Of a stretch of DNA of 64,000 nt, positions 38,094-48,056 are shown piece after piece (positions within the stretch are counted from its first letter, which is position 1; the number at the start of each line of letters is the position of its first letter). Source of the stretch: a virus. The notes below the pieces were generated by a model. It searched no databases and was not told where the DNA came from. It worked only from the letters and a program-made list of their open reading frames with translations. The position numbers and the translations under genes are program-made. The stretch lies in IMG/VR virus record IMGVR_UViG_3300030117_007876, positions 50,010 to 114,009 of that record; one strand, 5' to 3'.

Positions 38094-38309
38094 TCAAGAA
38101 AAATCTACTTCAATTTCACAATTTAAATTGTCAACCCTGTCTGCATTGCGATAGACTCTCCCTCCAAATTTGGAGATGTATTCGAGAGCAGCTTCAAGCG
38201 CTCCATGTTCAGGGTAATCGTCAATGTAAAAAGTTGCATTCTTTTTATTTGGAACGAGAACTGCGTGGTAGGCTTCCATTGAGATTGACTTTGTTGTTGT
38301 ATTTTTCAT
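38094..38309 (-). CDS. Hypothetical protein
   Basis: Start adjusted to MKNTTT after extended -10 TGTTATGCT. Confidence 0.6.
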   Translation of the reverse strand: MKNTTTKSISMEAYHAVLVPNKKNATFYIDDYPEHGALEAALEYISKFGGRVYRNADRVDNLNCEIEVDFS

Positions 38310-38398
38310 GCTATAAGCATAACAAATAGGGTAGGACAAATACAGTCCAACCCCCAAAAAAGTGAAAAAAGTTTTTAAAAGAAAAGTGTTGACATCGC

Positions 38399-38470
38399 GT
38401 AAGTCATTGATAATCAACAGGTTACATTGGGGCCCCCCATCGCGTAACTCGTTGATACTGAGGGGTTTGT
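38399..38470. repeat. 45-bp-period palindrome cluster 5 (2 units)
   Basis: Same unit and linker. Confidence 0.9.
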
Positions 38471-38494
38471 GAATTATAATTTATATTATACTAT

Positions 38495-38528
38495 AAAAAA
38501 AAGGGAGGGAGCCGAAGCTCCCTCCTTG
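38495..38528 (-). terminator. Intrinsic terminator of the hydrolase gene
   Basis: GGAGGGAGC-CGAA-GCTCCCTCC with A-tract on +. Confidence 0.8.
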
Positions 38529-38586
38529 CACTTATGACCAAGAAACATAACATATAACACTAAACCAAGTTACGGAAGAAAGTCAA

Positions 38587-39030
38587 TTATAATTTATAAA
38601 AAATGTGGCGTCCAATCTTAGCGACAGGCTTTTCGCCCTTCGCCCAATACGGTGCTTTGATATAGTCTGCATAGTAATGGTTGGCGTTGCCGATCTTGGC
38701 GCGATCAATGCGATGCATGTTCTTGGCGAGATAGATTGCCATCTTTGCCTGTGGCACATTCAACAGATGATCAAGGTCTGAGATCTTCTTGCCATTCCAA
38801 CAGGAGAACTGCCATTTAGCTAGGCAGACTTTTTCCCATGTCTGCTTGCGGTCGATTGCACGTTGAGCGATGACAGCTGCAACGGCTCCCATTCCTTTGT
38901 CACCTTCACCCCGTGCCTCTGCAAGGATCGTAATGGCGACCACTTTTTGTTCTTTAGTAAGTTCACTTGATGCGACCAGTGCCGTGATTGATTGTGATAC
39001 AAGTAAGACATAAAGCAATATCGTTTTCAT
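38587..39030 (-). CDS. Cell-wall hydrolase, SleB/Hydrolase_2 family
   Basis: AEARGEG..GM.AVA.VI, QFSCW, HYY.....PYW, IGRHIFY; signal peptide. Confidence 0.9.
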   Translation of the reverse strand: MKTILLYVLLVSQSITALVASSELTKEQKVVAITILAEARGEGDKGMGAVAAVIAQRAIDRKQTWEKVCLAKWQFSCWNGKKISDLDHLLNVPQAKMAIYLAKNMHRIDRAKIGNANHYYADYIKAPYWAKGEKPVAKIGRHIFYKL

Positions 39031-39049
39031 ATGTATAAGATAACAGAAT

Positions 39050-39259
39050 TTAGGCTAGTGTCAAATGTTTTTTTATTTCACTATGAGCGAATTCAATAGC
39101 GCATCTGACGGCATCTTGACGATTGGCAACACCTAAAATATCTTTCAATTCATGCATTTGCGCCACCAGTTCAGGAGAAAGAGCGACGTTTACTTGAAGT
39201 CTTTTACCATCTATTTTGTTCCATCGTAAGTTTTTGATAGTGATCTTATCTGGTTTCAT
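39050..39259 (-). CDS. Small RHH-like protein
   Basis: LQVNVALS.EL...NRQDAVR.AI. Confidence 0.55.
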   Translation of the reverse strand: MKPDKITIKNLRWNKIDGKRLQVNVALSPELVAQMHELKDILGVANRQDAVRCAIEFAHSEIKKHLTLA

Positions 39260-39516
39260 GCTAGCTCCTTATTTTGTGTTTCTTGCCATGCGGTGTCAAT
39301 CATAGTCCTAAAAAATTCAATTCTTGATGGACTATCAGCTAACTCCATTAAGAGTTCAAATTTTGCAAAATGCTCGCTGTTTAAATCGAAAAGTAACCTT
39401 TTACCATCGGTGACTCTACATGTCTTACCAGCTCTTGATGTATACGTTGAGACGGTCTTGAATTTGGGTTGATATCTAGAGGCTAGCTCGAAGAGCTTGT
39501 GTTGCGTGTTGTTCAT
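39256..39516 (-). CDS. Hypothetical protein
   Basis: ORF. Confidence 0.6.
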   Translation of the reverse strand: MNNTQHKLFELASRYQPKFKTVSTYTSRAGKTCRVTDGKRLLFDLNSEHFAKFELLMELADSPSRIEFFRTMIDTAWQETQNKELA

Positions 39517-39598
39517 AGTTGTTTCAATTATTTTTTATTATAGTAACTTTAAACTTAACAGGTTTGGCAAAGCGTATTTTTATTTCCATGACCACAGT

Positions 39599-39799
39599 CT
39601 ATTTAGATTCAGGGAAGGCGTCAACAAGAAAATTTGCGATTCCTCCATCATACATTTTGTTGACAAGCTTGATCTTTCGGTGAAAGTTGTATTCTGCGAT
39701 CACATCCCACTCTTCCTCTGTGGTGGCGCAGTCGCACAGCCAGTCCTCTAGTCTCTTGTTGATTTCATCCATGGTGATCTTGGTAAGTGCTGCGCTCAT
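39599..39799 (-). CDS. Hypothetical protein
   Basis: ORF. Confidence 0.6.
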   Translation of the reverse strand: MSAALTKITMDEINKRLEDWLCDCATTEEEWDVIAEYNFHRKIKLVNKMYDGGIANFLVDAFPESK

Positions 39800-39800
39800 C

Positions 39801-39974
39801 TTATGCGTCCCAGCTAAAAGGTTGAGCCTTGACGCTGCGCTTGTATGGCTTGGCGAGGTGAGCTTTGCGAGCTGCGTCCTTCTCTTCTTCTTCCTTGCGA
39901 AGCAGTCCGTTCATGTGCGCGTTATGAGTGGCGAACTCCTTGCGGATCTCAGTCAGTGTCTCGTTAACTTTCAT
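39801..39974 (-). CDS. Hypothetical 57-aa protein (below ORF-track cutoff)
   Basis: MKVNETLTEIRKEF...; promoter TTGCAA-17-TACCTT, then 6 nt to ATG. Confidence 0.65.
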   Translation of the reverse strand: MKVNETLTEIRKEFATHNAHMNGLLRKEEEEKDAARKAHLAKPYKRSVKAQPFSWDA

Positions 39975-40022
39975 ACTTATAAGGTAGTCGAATCAGTCGA
40001 TGATTGCAAGAAAAAGTTTCAA

Positions 40023-40229
40023 TTATTTTTTGTATTGGTTCCACAGGTTCTTATGTTCTGGTGTAGCGTGAGAGGCTGGCTCTAAGACGTAACGCAATCT
40101 GTCGCTTTGTGCTGCGTAGTGCTGAGAGTCATCGTTCTGGTAGTCAGAGCTGAAGAAATTGACAAGAGCTTTTTTGTATTCGTTGATGTCTAGCATTGCA
40201 ATGTATTCTTTGCTTGTGTCGTTGTTCAT
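40023..40229 (-). CDS. Hypothetical protein, first gene of the minus-strand block
   Basis: TTGCAC..TATCTT, then 6 nt to ATG. Confidence 0.65.
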   Translation of the reverse strand: MNNDTSKEYIAMLDINEYKKALVNFFSSDYQNDDSQHYAAQSDRLRYVLEPASHATPEHKNLWNQYKK

Positions 40230-40534
40230 GGTTATAAGATAACAGAATATTTATTCAGTGCAAGAAAAAGTTTTGCTTTTTTTTCTCAGGCTTGAGATTT
40301 ATTATGACAAATGTCTTGACAAAACCCCACCCTTTTTTTAGAATTTTTACGAGATCGTATTTCTGTAAATAGGTGGGGGGACATTTTCTTCAATATGTAA
40401 TTCATTTTCCAGCCATAGGCCCCCCTATTTAATAAAAATAAAACAAAACCAACAAAAACCAGCAAAAACCTTCGCTTAAAAAAAATAAGCTGATAAAATT
40501 TGACAGCCGCCAACCTTTTTTTATTATATATAAA

Positions 40535-40864
40535 ATGGATTATTTATTAGTTTATTTGGACGAGGATGATCAGAAAATGGCAGCATTACCTGATAATGAA
40601 GGGGTATATAAAAATTCAACAGAATTCGATGAATATCCTGAAGAAATGACAAATAGAGAAGTTATTGTTTTAAGAAGCAAGGACTTTTATAAAGTAATGA
40701 ATGATCCCAATTTTGATGATAAATATTTTGAAGCGGAATTTGAAGGTCAGTATATAACTTCTTCTGAAATACATAAATGCATAGACAATATAGGTTTTGA
40801 AAAGTTTTTTACAACAATTATTAATGAGCATATTAAAAGCTTAGAAGAAGAGGAAGAAGAATAG
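40535..40864 (+). CDS. Acidic hypothetical protein
   Basis: ORF. Confidence 0.65.
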   Translation: MDYLLVYLDEDDQKMAALPDNEGVYKNSTEFDEYPEEMTNREVIVLRSKDFYKVMNDPNFDDKYFEAEFEGQYITSSEIHKCIDNIGFEKFFTTIINEHIKSLEEEEEE

Positions 40865-41907
40865 TGAAGATAGGTATTTTATTTTCTGCATACAATTGCG
40901 CGGCATATATTGATGAATGTTTGGAGCCATGGTTAAAATTAAAAAAAGAACTTAATTTAATATTAGCGGCAACTAACGGCAGATATATATTGTCTCCTGA
41001 AGAACCTGACGACATGAAGGGTTCTCATTCTTTATTAAAGTTATTAGGTAAAAACTTAGATTTTTTATTACATTCTTGCGGTGAAAACAGATGGTCAGAA
41101 GAGCAGGGTCGTAATTACATGCTTTATTATTTATTAGATCAGAAAGTTGATCTAATTTGGGTAATTGATTGCGATGAAATATATACAGAAAAAGATATAT
41201 ACAATATCTTATCTTATATTAAAGAAAACCCTGAACCTGATTGTTATAAATTATTCTATAAAAATTATTGTATAAAACATCCATACTGGATTGATGATGA
41301 TTTCACCAAGTTTTCAATATATTGGACAAATAGAAGAGAAGGAATTAAAACTTTTTACTTTGATTGTGATATTCAATATAATAATGGAGATAATTTAAAT
41401 TCTTTATCGCAAAACAATATTGGTTTTATAAATAAAAACACGGCGTTTATAGATCATTATTCTTGGATACAGGATGATCCAAGAGTAAAAGATAAAATAC
41501 ACAACCAAAATATAAAATATGCTGGCGAACAAGATGCTAAATGCGCATATATAGTTGACGCGCAAGATAATTTAATGATAAGCGAGACATTTTTTAAAAA
41601 AAGAAACATGCAGTTGCCTCACATTCATAAAAGTGTTGTGAATAGTTTACATATTTGTGATATTATATATAATAAAATTAAAAATGTAATATATTTTACT
41701 AATATTACTAATCCTGATGATTATCAAGTAGCTATTGCTGACAGCGATAATAATACTATTTATTCTTGTGATGCTAATTTATGTGGAGATTATTATATAG
41801 CTCCTAGTTTTGATTTAAGAAATGTTTCTTTCTTTAATGTTATTATTAAAAAATTTAATACTGTTTTAAAACATGAAGAATTACATGTGAAATTCAATAA
41901 TTATTGA
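40864..41907 (+). CDS. Glycosyltransferase family 2-like
   Basis: FSAYNCAAYIDECL, IDCDE. Confidence 0.8.
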   Translation: MKIGILFSAYNCAAYIDECLEPWLKLKKELNLILAATNGRYILSPEEPDDMKGSHSLLKLLGKNLDFLLHSCGENRWSEEQGRNYMLYYLLDQKVDLIWVIDCDEIYTEKDIYNILSYIKENPEPDCYKLFYKNYCIKHPYWIDDDFTKFSIYWTNRREGIKTFYFDCDIQYNNGDNLNSLSQNNIGFINKNTAFIDHYSWIQDDPRVKDKIHNQNIKYAGEQDAKCAYIVDAQDNLMISETFFKKRNMQLPHIHKSVVNSLHICDIIYNKIKNVIYFTNITNPDDYQVAIADSDNNTIYSCDANLCGDYYIAPSFDLRNVSFFNVIIKKFNTVLKHEELHVKFNNY

Positions 41908-41908
41908 T

Positions 41909-44900
41909 ATGAATTATTTTGTAACACATTGTGATAAAAAATATATAAAATATGCTGAAAGATTGTTTGAATCACTAAAAAAGGATTCTGAAAATAAAAT
42001 TTTATTTTTTTCAGTTGATTTTGATTATAAAAATCGTTTCAAAAATGTTATTAATATAAAATATGATGCTTTAAGAAATTTTAAAGAAAAAAGAAACGAT
42101 TTGTACAAACCTTTTAGAGGAGATTCAAAATCTTTTCATGTCTTTATAAAACCTTTGATTGTAGAGGGGCTGTTAGATGGTAAATATGCGCAAATATCAT
42201 CAGATGATAACTTTTGCTACTTAGACGCGGATTGTTTTAGTCGAAAAGAGTGTGATTCTATATTTAAAAACGCTCAGAAAATAAAAAATTATCCGTTACT
42301 TAGCATAGCTTGTCAGCAGTATATGCTTTGCAATGGCAGAGGTAATCCTTTTGCTAACGGTAAAGAAGATCCTAACTTATGTTTAGAGGCTCCGTTACTA
42401 AAAGAGTTAGGAATTGATGTAAGTTTAAGAATTCCTGTATATTTACAAACAGGAGTTTTTATGTTTAATAAAAAATGCATAGATTTTGTTAAAGAATGGA
42501 GTGATTTATGTTTTTCTAACTTAGTACTGAATAATAGAGAATATCTTGCTCCCTTTCATGAAGAAACAGTTATAAACTGTCTTTTATGGCGAGATAAAGT
42601 AAAAGATAATTTAGGGCAGTCATTAATAAATGTTATTGAAGGTGGTAAAAAAGAATTGAAAGAAATGATGCATCATCTTGAAAATCCTAGTCAAGAGTTG
42701 CAGCGAATTACAAATCATTGCACTATTCCTGCAAAAAACAAAATAAATGATCTTTATTTTTTTCACAGAAGAGTAAATGATCAAGTATACAAATTTTTAA
42801 CACAAAAAATGAGAAAATTATATTTAAAAGTAAATTCTCCATCTTTAGGAGACACATTAGCTGTTACTCCTACATTAAGAAAATTATCTAAAACTTATGA
42901 TGGGCTTATCAGCGTAATTACCCATCACAAAAATATTTTTCAAGATAACCCTTATGTTGATGAAATTTTGTCTTTTGATGAGTTTCAATCTTTAAAAACA
43001 GAAGATTGTGAAGTATTTGAAACTTTTTTAGGTATTGGGCATAAAAATCATCTTGGAGTAGAAAAAAAACACAATACAATTGATATAAGACAATTTCATT
43101 CTATTGATTTAGGCTTTTGTCTATCCAGTGATGAAATGGAATATGATTATACGCCCGACAATTACGTTCAGATCAAAGATCTGCCTTCTTCCTATGTCGT
43201 ACTACATGTAGGATCTACATGGCCCTCTAGAACGTATTCTAAGGACAATTGGCAGCAATTAATAAATCTATTGAACTATGACAATATAAGTGTGGTCTTA
43301 GTGGGTAAAAATGATCATGAAACAGGTTTTTACGATATAGATAAGAAAACAATTAACTTAAACGTAAATTTAGGCTTAGATTTAACAAATCAGTTAACTT
43401 TATCTCAGTGTTGGCATGTTATTGATAAAGCTACGTGTTTAATAACTATGGACTCTGGTTTATTGCATTTAGCTGGAACAACAGATACTTACATTGTTCA
43501 GTTAGGATCTTCTTTAAATAATGAGTTAAGGGCTCCTTTTAGAAAAGGTTCTCAAAATTATAAATACAAATATATAAGTGGGTCTTGTGATATATTTTGC
43601 GCTTCAGATATAAAATATGGAGTAAAAGAATGGGGTACTATTCAAGGTGTGCCTCCTTTGATAAATTGTTTAGAAAACAAGCCTACTTTTGAATGCCACC
43701 CTAATCCGCAAAATGTTTTTGATTTTGTAGAATCCGAAATAGTTGAAAAACACAATGTATTAAATTATGTAGATTTTTCTTACGAAAATAATCGTTTAGC
43801 TTTAAATTATAGTTTGTCAGATTCTAAATACGCTGGTAAATACAATATAGTCATAGAAGAGGAAGGTTCTGGCATCGTAATATATCAAGAATTAGTAAAT
43901 ATTTCTCATGCGGGAGTTAATTTTTGGACAGATTTTACTTTTGCAAAATCCAAGATGAACGAAAATTTCAAAGTAAGAGTTTTGAAAAATAATTCTTGCG
44001 TTTTCGAAAAGAATTTTTCTTACCCTCATTTCAATCCCTCAAATCCTTTAATTGAATTAGGTGATAAATTACAAAATTTTGATTTATCTGGTGTTTCTTT
44101 AGGAGTTCTTTCTGAAGTGTTTATAGACAATAATTATGATGAAGGTTTGGTAAAAGTTTCTGAAGGAGATGTAGTCGTGGATATAGGTTTTAACGTAGGC
44201 TTATTTTCTGTAAAATCTTTTCTTGAAGGTGCTAAAAAAATATACGCGGTAGAACCTAACGAAGAAAACATATCTAAATTTAAATCAATAAATAAAAATA
44301 AAGTAATCGATAATTTGCACATATCTAATATTGCAATATCTGATCATGACGGAACAGATAGTTTTCTTATAGACGAAGATTATGATAATTCTGGTCGTTC
44401 CATGTTGGAGAAAACGCTGCATTCAGGTAGAACAAGTTTTAATTCTCATTCTTACAAAACCGTCAAAACTCAAAAATTTCAAACTTTTCTTGAAGAAAAT
44501 AATATAGATAAAATTGATTTATTAAAAATAGACTGTGAAGGTGGAGAATTATTTATTTTGCACGAAGATAATAGAAAAATATTTGAAGACAAAGTTGATA
44601 AAGTTGTTGGAGAAATTCATTTCTCTTTAGATACACAAAAAGGAAGTTACATGAAAAATTTCCTTGAAGAAACTGGTTTTGAGTTTTCTATAGATGCGGG
44701 ACCAGATCCTGCGGGACTGATAACATTTAGCGCTTTAAAAAAAAAGAATAAAAAAATAGTATTTTTAGCTCCCCACTTATCAACAGGAGGTTCACCGGCT
44801 TATTTATTATGGTTAATCCAAGAAAAGATAAAACAAGGTTATGAAGCTTTTGTTATAGAATATTGTTACTATGGAAATTATATAGTTCATAGAAATAAAA

Positions 44901-46828
44901 TTATAGACTTAATAGGTAAAAATAATTTCTTTAATTTTGCAGCGCTTAATGACTCTGATGAAGTTTTTATAGATAGAACTGATTTTTTGATTCAAAAGGT
45001 TCAAGATATTAATCCTTCCGAAATCCATTTAAACGAAATAGGTGAGAATTTTTCACTTAAACAGTTAACGGAAAAATTAAAAAGCTTTCTTTATTCTCCT
45101 GAAAGAAAATTCAAGATTTACGAAACCTGTCATACTTCTGAATTCGATTTTAAAGACAAGGTTTTAATGCCAGATGAATTTTATTTTTGCACACCTTACC
45201 ATTTGAAATCATCTGATCACCTAAACGTGCCTAAAAAAGTTGTAGAGATGCAAATTAATAAGCAAAAAAAGCCTGACAGAGATAAAACTTTAATTTCTTT
45301 AGGTTTAGATCCTAATAAATACCATGTTTTACAGGTAGGTTTATTTCACGAAAATAAAAATCAAAAGTTCACCTTTGATTTAGCCAAACAATTTATAAAC
45401 GCTCCCATTCAATTTCATTTTGTAGGAAACATTTGTTTTGTTGATGACTGCGGTGTAGATAAAGAACAGCAAAATTGTAAAATATGGGGAGAAAAAGATA
45501 ATGTAGATATTTTTATGTCGTGCATGGATTTGTTTATTATGCCTTCAATAAAAGAGTTAAATCCTATTTCCATAAAAGAAGCTCTTTCTTGGAGTATGCC
45601 TTGCTTTGTTTCAAAGATAGAAACATTGCAGTCGCAATATGAACACACGGAAAATGTTGAATTTATAGATGGTTTAAATTTATTTAATTATATAAAGGGC
45701 AAAATAAAACCTTTAATGAGTGAAAGTAAATTTTTAGATTTGCATAGTAATACTTTTTCAGTTAACAGAGAAGATGATATTGTTAAAGTTGAAATTATAG
45801 GTCATGAAGTATGCGACTATGAAATAAAATTTGTTGATTTAGAAACTTATAAAATACTTTATCAAACAAAAATAACAAATGGCATGTGGAGCTCTTGCGC
45901 AAGTAATAGTAAACTTAAAGTTTTAATTTATAATTGTATAACTTGCAAAACAGAAACTTTTTGGCCCGATGATTTAAATATAATTAATGAATCTGGAAGT
46001 TTAGGTGACGCTTTGGCTTGGGTTCCTGTAGTAAATGAATTCACGAAATTAAAAACTCAAAAAGTTAACTTTTTCACTCCTTATGCAAATATTTTTGATA
46101 AAAATGAATATCCGAATATAAAGTTTAAAAATTATAATCAAATTGCTGGAGAAAAAGAATTAGAAAATACTAAAAGAATAGGTTGTTTTTATAAAGAGTC
46201 TCTTTCTGTGCCGTTACAAGATTTGCCTTGTGAAATTTTAAGCATCCCTAAATTAAGAAATAATATAAGACCTAAAATTAATAAATCATTTATAACTTTA
46301 AGGCCTTTTGAGAAAAAATATGTTTGTATCGCTTCGCATTCTACAGCTCAATTAAAATATTGGAATAATGAAGTTGGTTGGGAACAGGTAATAAAATATT
46401 TAAAAGAAATTGGTTATGAAGTAATTTGTTTAGACAGAGATCGTGATTTTGGAAATGACCAAAAAATGAATTCAATTCCTGAAGATTGTATCCATTACCC
46501 CGGAGAATCTTTGGCCGACATAATTAATTGTTTGCATTATTGCGAATTTTTTATAGGTTTAAGTTCTGGATTATCTTGGCTAGCTTGGTCTAGTTTTAAA
46601 CCCGTGGTTATGATTTGCGGTTTTTTGGAAAAAGAATATCATTTTGATGAGGCTTACTATGTGCAAAATAAAAACGTTTGCAATTGTTGTTGGAACAAAG
46701 GAAAACATTTTGATTCTTCAAATTGGATGTGGTGCCCAGAAAATAAAAATTTTGAGTGTTCAAAAGAAATTTATTTTGAAATGGTAAAGAATAGTATAGA
46801 TAATTTAATATCTGATCATAACTTATAA
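41909..46828 (+). CDS. Multidomain sugar-modifying enzyme: GT-A, GT9, FkbM methyltransferase, GT4 and autotransporter-type heptosyltransferase
   Basis: YLDAD; SLGD..DSGLLHLA; VVDIGFNVG..KIDCEGGE; APHLSTGG..ELNPISIKEA; SLGD..GLSSGLSW..CNCCW..WCP..FECSK. Confidence 0.85.
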   Translation: MNYFVTHCDKKYIKYAERLFESLKKDSENKILFFSVDFDYKNRFKNVINIKYDALRNFKEKRNDLYKPFRGDSKSFHVFIKPLIVEGLLDGKYAQISSDDNFCYLDADCFSRKECDSIFKNAQKIKNYPLLSIACQQYMLCNGRGNPFANGKEDPNLCLEAPLLKELGIDVSLRIPVYLQTGVFMFNKKCIDFVKEWSDLCFSNLVLNNREYLAPFHEETVINCLLWRDKVKDNLGQSLINVIEGGKKELKEMMHHLENPSQELQRITNHCTIPAKNKINDLYFFHRRVNDQVYKFLTQKMRKLYLKVNSPSLGDTLAVTPTLRKLSKTYDGLISVITHHKNIFQDNPYVDEILSFDEFQSLKTEDCEVFETFLGIGHKNHLGVEKKHNTIDIRQFHSIDLGFCLSSDEMEYDYTPDNYVQIKDLPSSYVVLHVGSTWPSRTYSKDNWQQLINLLNYDNISVVLVGKNDHETGFYDIDKKTINLNVNLGLDLTNQLTLSQCWHVIDKATCLITMDSGLLHLAGTTDTYIVQLGSSLNNELRAPFRKGSQNYKYKYISGSCDIFCASDIKYGVKEWGTIQGVPPLINCLENKPTFECHPNPQNVFDFVESEIVEKHNVLNYVDFSYENNRLALNYSLSDSKYAGKYNIVIEEEGSGIVIYQELVNISHAGVNFWTDFTFAKSKMNENFKVRVLKNNSCVFEKNFSYPHFNPSNPLIELGDKLQNFDLSGVSLGVLSEVFIDNNYDEGLVKVSEGDVVVDIGFNVGLFSVKSFLEGAKKIYAVEPNEENISKFKSINKNKVIDNLHISNIAISDHDGTDSFLIDEDYDNSGRSMLEKTLHSGRTSFNSHSYKTVKTQKFQTFLEENNIDKIDLLKIDCEGGELFILHEDNRKIFEDKVDKVVGEIHFSLDTQKGSYMKNFLEETGFEFSIDAGPDPAGLITFSALKKKNKKIVFLAPHLSTGGSPAYLLWLIQEKIKQGYEAFVIEYCYYGNYIVHRNKIIDLIGKNNFFNFAALNDSDEVFIDRTDFLIQKVQDINPSEIHLNEIGENFSLKQLTEKLKSFLYSPERKFKIYETCHTSEFDFKDKVLMPDEFYFCTPYHLKSSDHLNVPKKVVEMQINKQKKPDRDKTLISLGLDPNKYHVLQVGLFHENKNQKFTFDLAKQFINAPIQFHFVGNICFVDDCGVDKEQQNCKIWGEKDNVDIFMSCMDLFIMPSIKELNPISIKEALSWSMPCFVSKIETLQSQYEHTENVEFIDGLNLFNYIKGKIKPLMSESKFLDLHSNTFSVNREDDIVKVEIIGHEVCDYEIKFVDLETYKILYQTKITNGMWSSCASNSKLKVLIYNCITCKTETFWPDDLNIINESGSLGDALAWVPVVNEFTKLKTQKVNFFTPYANIFDKNEYPNIKFKNYNQIAGEKELENTKRIGCFYKESLSVPLQDLPCEILSIPKLRNNIRPKINKSFITLRPFEKKYVCIASHSTAQLKYWNNEVGWEQVIKYLKEIGYEVICLDRDRDFGNDQKMNSIPEDCIHYPGESLADIINCLHYCEFFIGLSSGLSWLAWSSFKPVVMICGFLEKEYHFDEAYYVQNKNVCNCCWNKGKHFDSSNWMWCPENKNFECSKEIYFEMVKNSIDNLISDHNL

Positions 46829-46833
46829 TATGT

Positions 46834-47670
46834 ATGAAATGTAAAATTACATTAAAAAGTTATCCTTTAGGGGATACTATTGCAGCAATCCCTCAAGTGG
46901 ATAAATTTCAAAAATTAACAGGTTATGAAGTAGGGCTTTTTATAAGCGATAGATATAAAAGCTTATTTGAAAAAGCTTATTCAAATATTAGTTTCAATCC
47001 AGAAAATTTTTTATTTGAAAAAAATATAGATATTGATTTTTCTTTCAATCAACCTTTGCAAAAAGGTTATGCAGACGATTTAGGCATGGAATACGAGGAG
47101 GAAACACCTAAAGTATATATACCTGAAGATTTGCAATCACCATTTCCTGAAAAAAAATATATAACTTTATCGATGCAATCTACTCATCAAGGCAGATACT
47201 GGAACAATAAAAATGGTTGGGACTTTTTAATAAAATATTTAAAACAAAAATACAACATTCATACTGTTTGTATAGATCGTGATGCTCAATGGGGTGTAGA
47301 AAAACATTATAATTTAAAACCTAAAAAAGCTATTGATAGAACCGGCATTTCTTTAGACAAATGCATAGAGTATATAAATAACAGTTTATTTCACGTAGGA
47401 ATTTCAACAGGTTTGAGTTGGTTGGCTCATGCCTGTGGCAAGCATGTCGTATTAGTATCGAATGTAACAAAGCATTGGTACGAGTTCACTCATAATACAA
47501 CAAGAATTTATGACGAAAGTATTTGTCATGGATGTTTAAATGAAGAACAATTCGACAGTTCTAATTGGTTGTGGTGTCCGCGTAAGAAAAATTTTGAATG
47601 TACTAAAAAAATATCTTTTCCAGTAGTAAAAGAAAAATTAGATAACCTTATAAAAAATAATTATTCATGA
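46834..47670 (+). CDS. Aah/TibC-like O-heptosyltransferase (GT9 fold)
   Basis: PLGDTIA, YWNN..GW, GISTGLSWLA, CHGC...WCP...FECTK. Confidence 0.82.
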   Translation: MKCKITLKSYPLGDTIAAIPQVDKFQKLTGYEVGLFISDRYKSLFEKAYSNISFNPENFLFEKNIDIDFSFNQPLQKGYADDLGMEYEEETPKVYIPEDLQSPFPEKKYITLSMQSTHQGRYWNNKNGWDFLIKYLKQKYNIHTVCIDRDAQWGVEKHYNLKPKKAIDRTGISLDKCIEYINNSLFHVGISTGLSWLAHACGKHVVLVSNVTKHWYEFTHNTTRIYDESICHGCLNEEQFDSSNWLWCPRKKNFECTKKISFPVVKEKLDNLIKNNYS

Positions 47671-48056
47671 AAATAGAAGTTTCAAACGGAGAGATTTTAG
47701 ATAAATTATCAATTTTAGAATTGAAAATGCGTTTTATAAATAATGAAAATCAAAAAGATAATATTATCAAAGAGCACAAATATTTAAAAAGCGCCTCCAT
47801 GGAGATTTTTCATAAAGACGATAATTTATTTCCTTATGATTTGTACAGGGAATTAAGTAATATTAATTTAAAATTATGGAAAATAGAAGATGCTATTAGG
47901 TTAAAAGAAAAAAACAAAGAATTTGATGATGAATTTACTGATCTAGCCCGTGCAGTTTATTATACAAATGACGAACGCTCGAAAACAAAAAAAGAAATAA
48001 ATTTACAAACTAACTCTGAACTTATTGAAGAAAAGTCTTACAAAGATTATTGTTGA
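47667..48056 (+). CDS. DUF6165-like protein
   Basis: IEVSNGEILDKLSILELK...LW.IED.IR...ARAVY..ND.R...EEKSY. Confidence 0.8.
   Translation: MKIEVSNGEILDKLSILELKMRFINNENQKDNIIKEHKYLKSASMEIFHKDDNLFPYDLYRELSNINLKLWKIEDAIRLKEKNKEFDDEFTDLARAVYYTNDERSKTKKEINLQTNSELIEEKSYKDYC

Noticed and set aside
30819-38470. Palindrome clusters as mini-CRISPR arrays
   Set aside because: The 18-bp linkers share GGGGCCCC rather than being unique, and the units are degenerate.
40286-40513. 75-aa minus-strand ORF; also 28952-29170
   Set aside because: Low-complexity translation of probable noncoding control regions.
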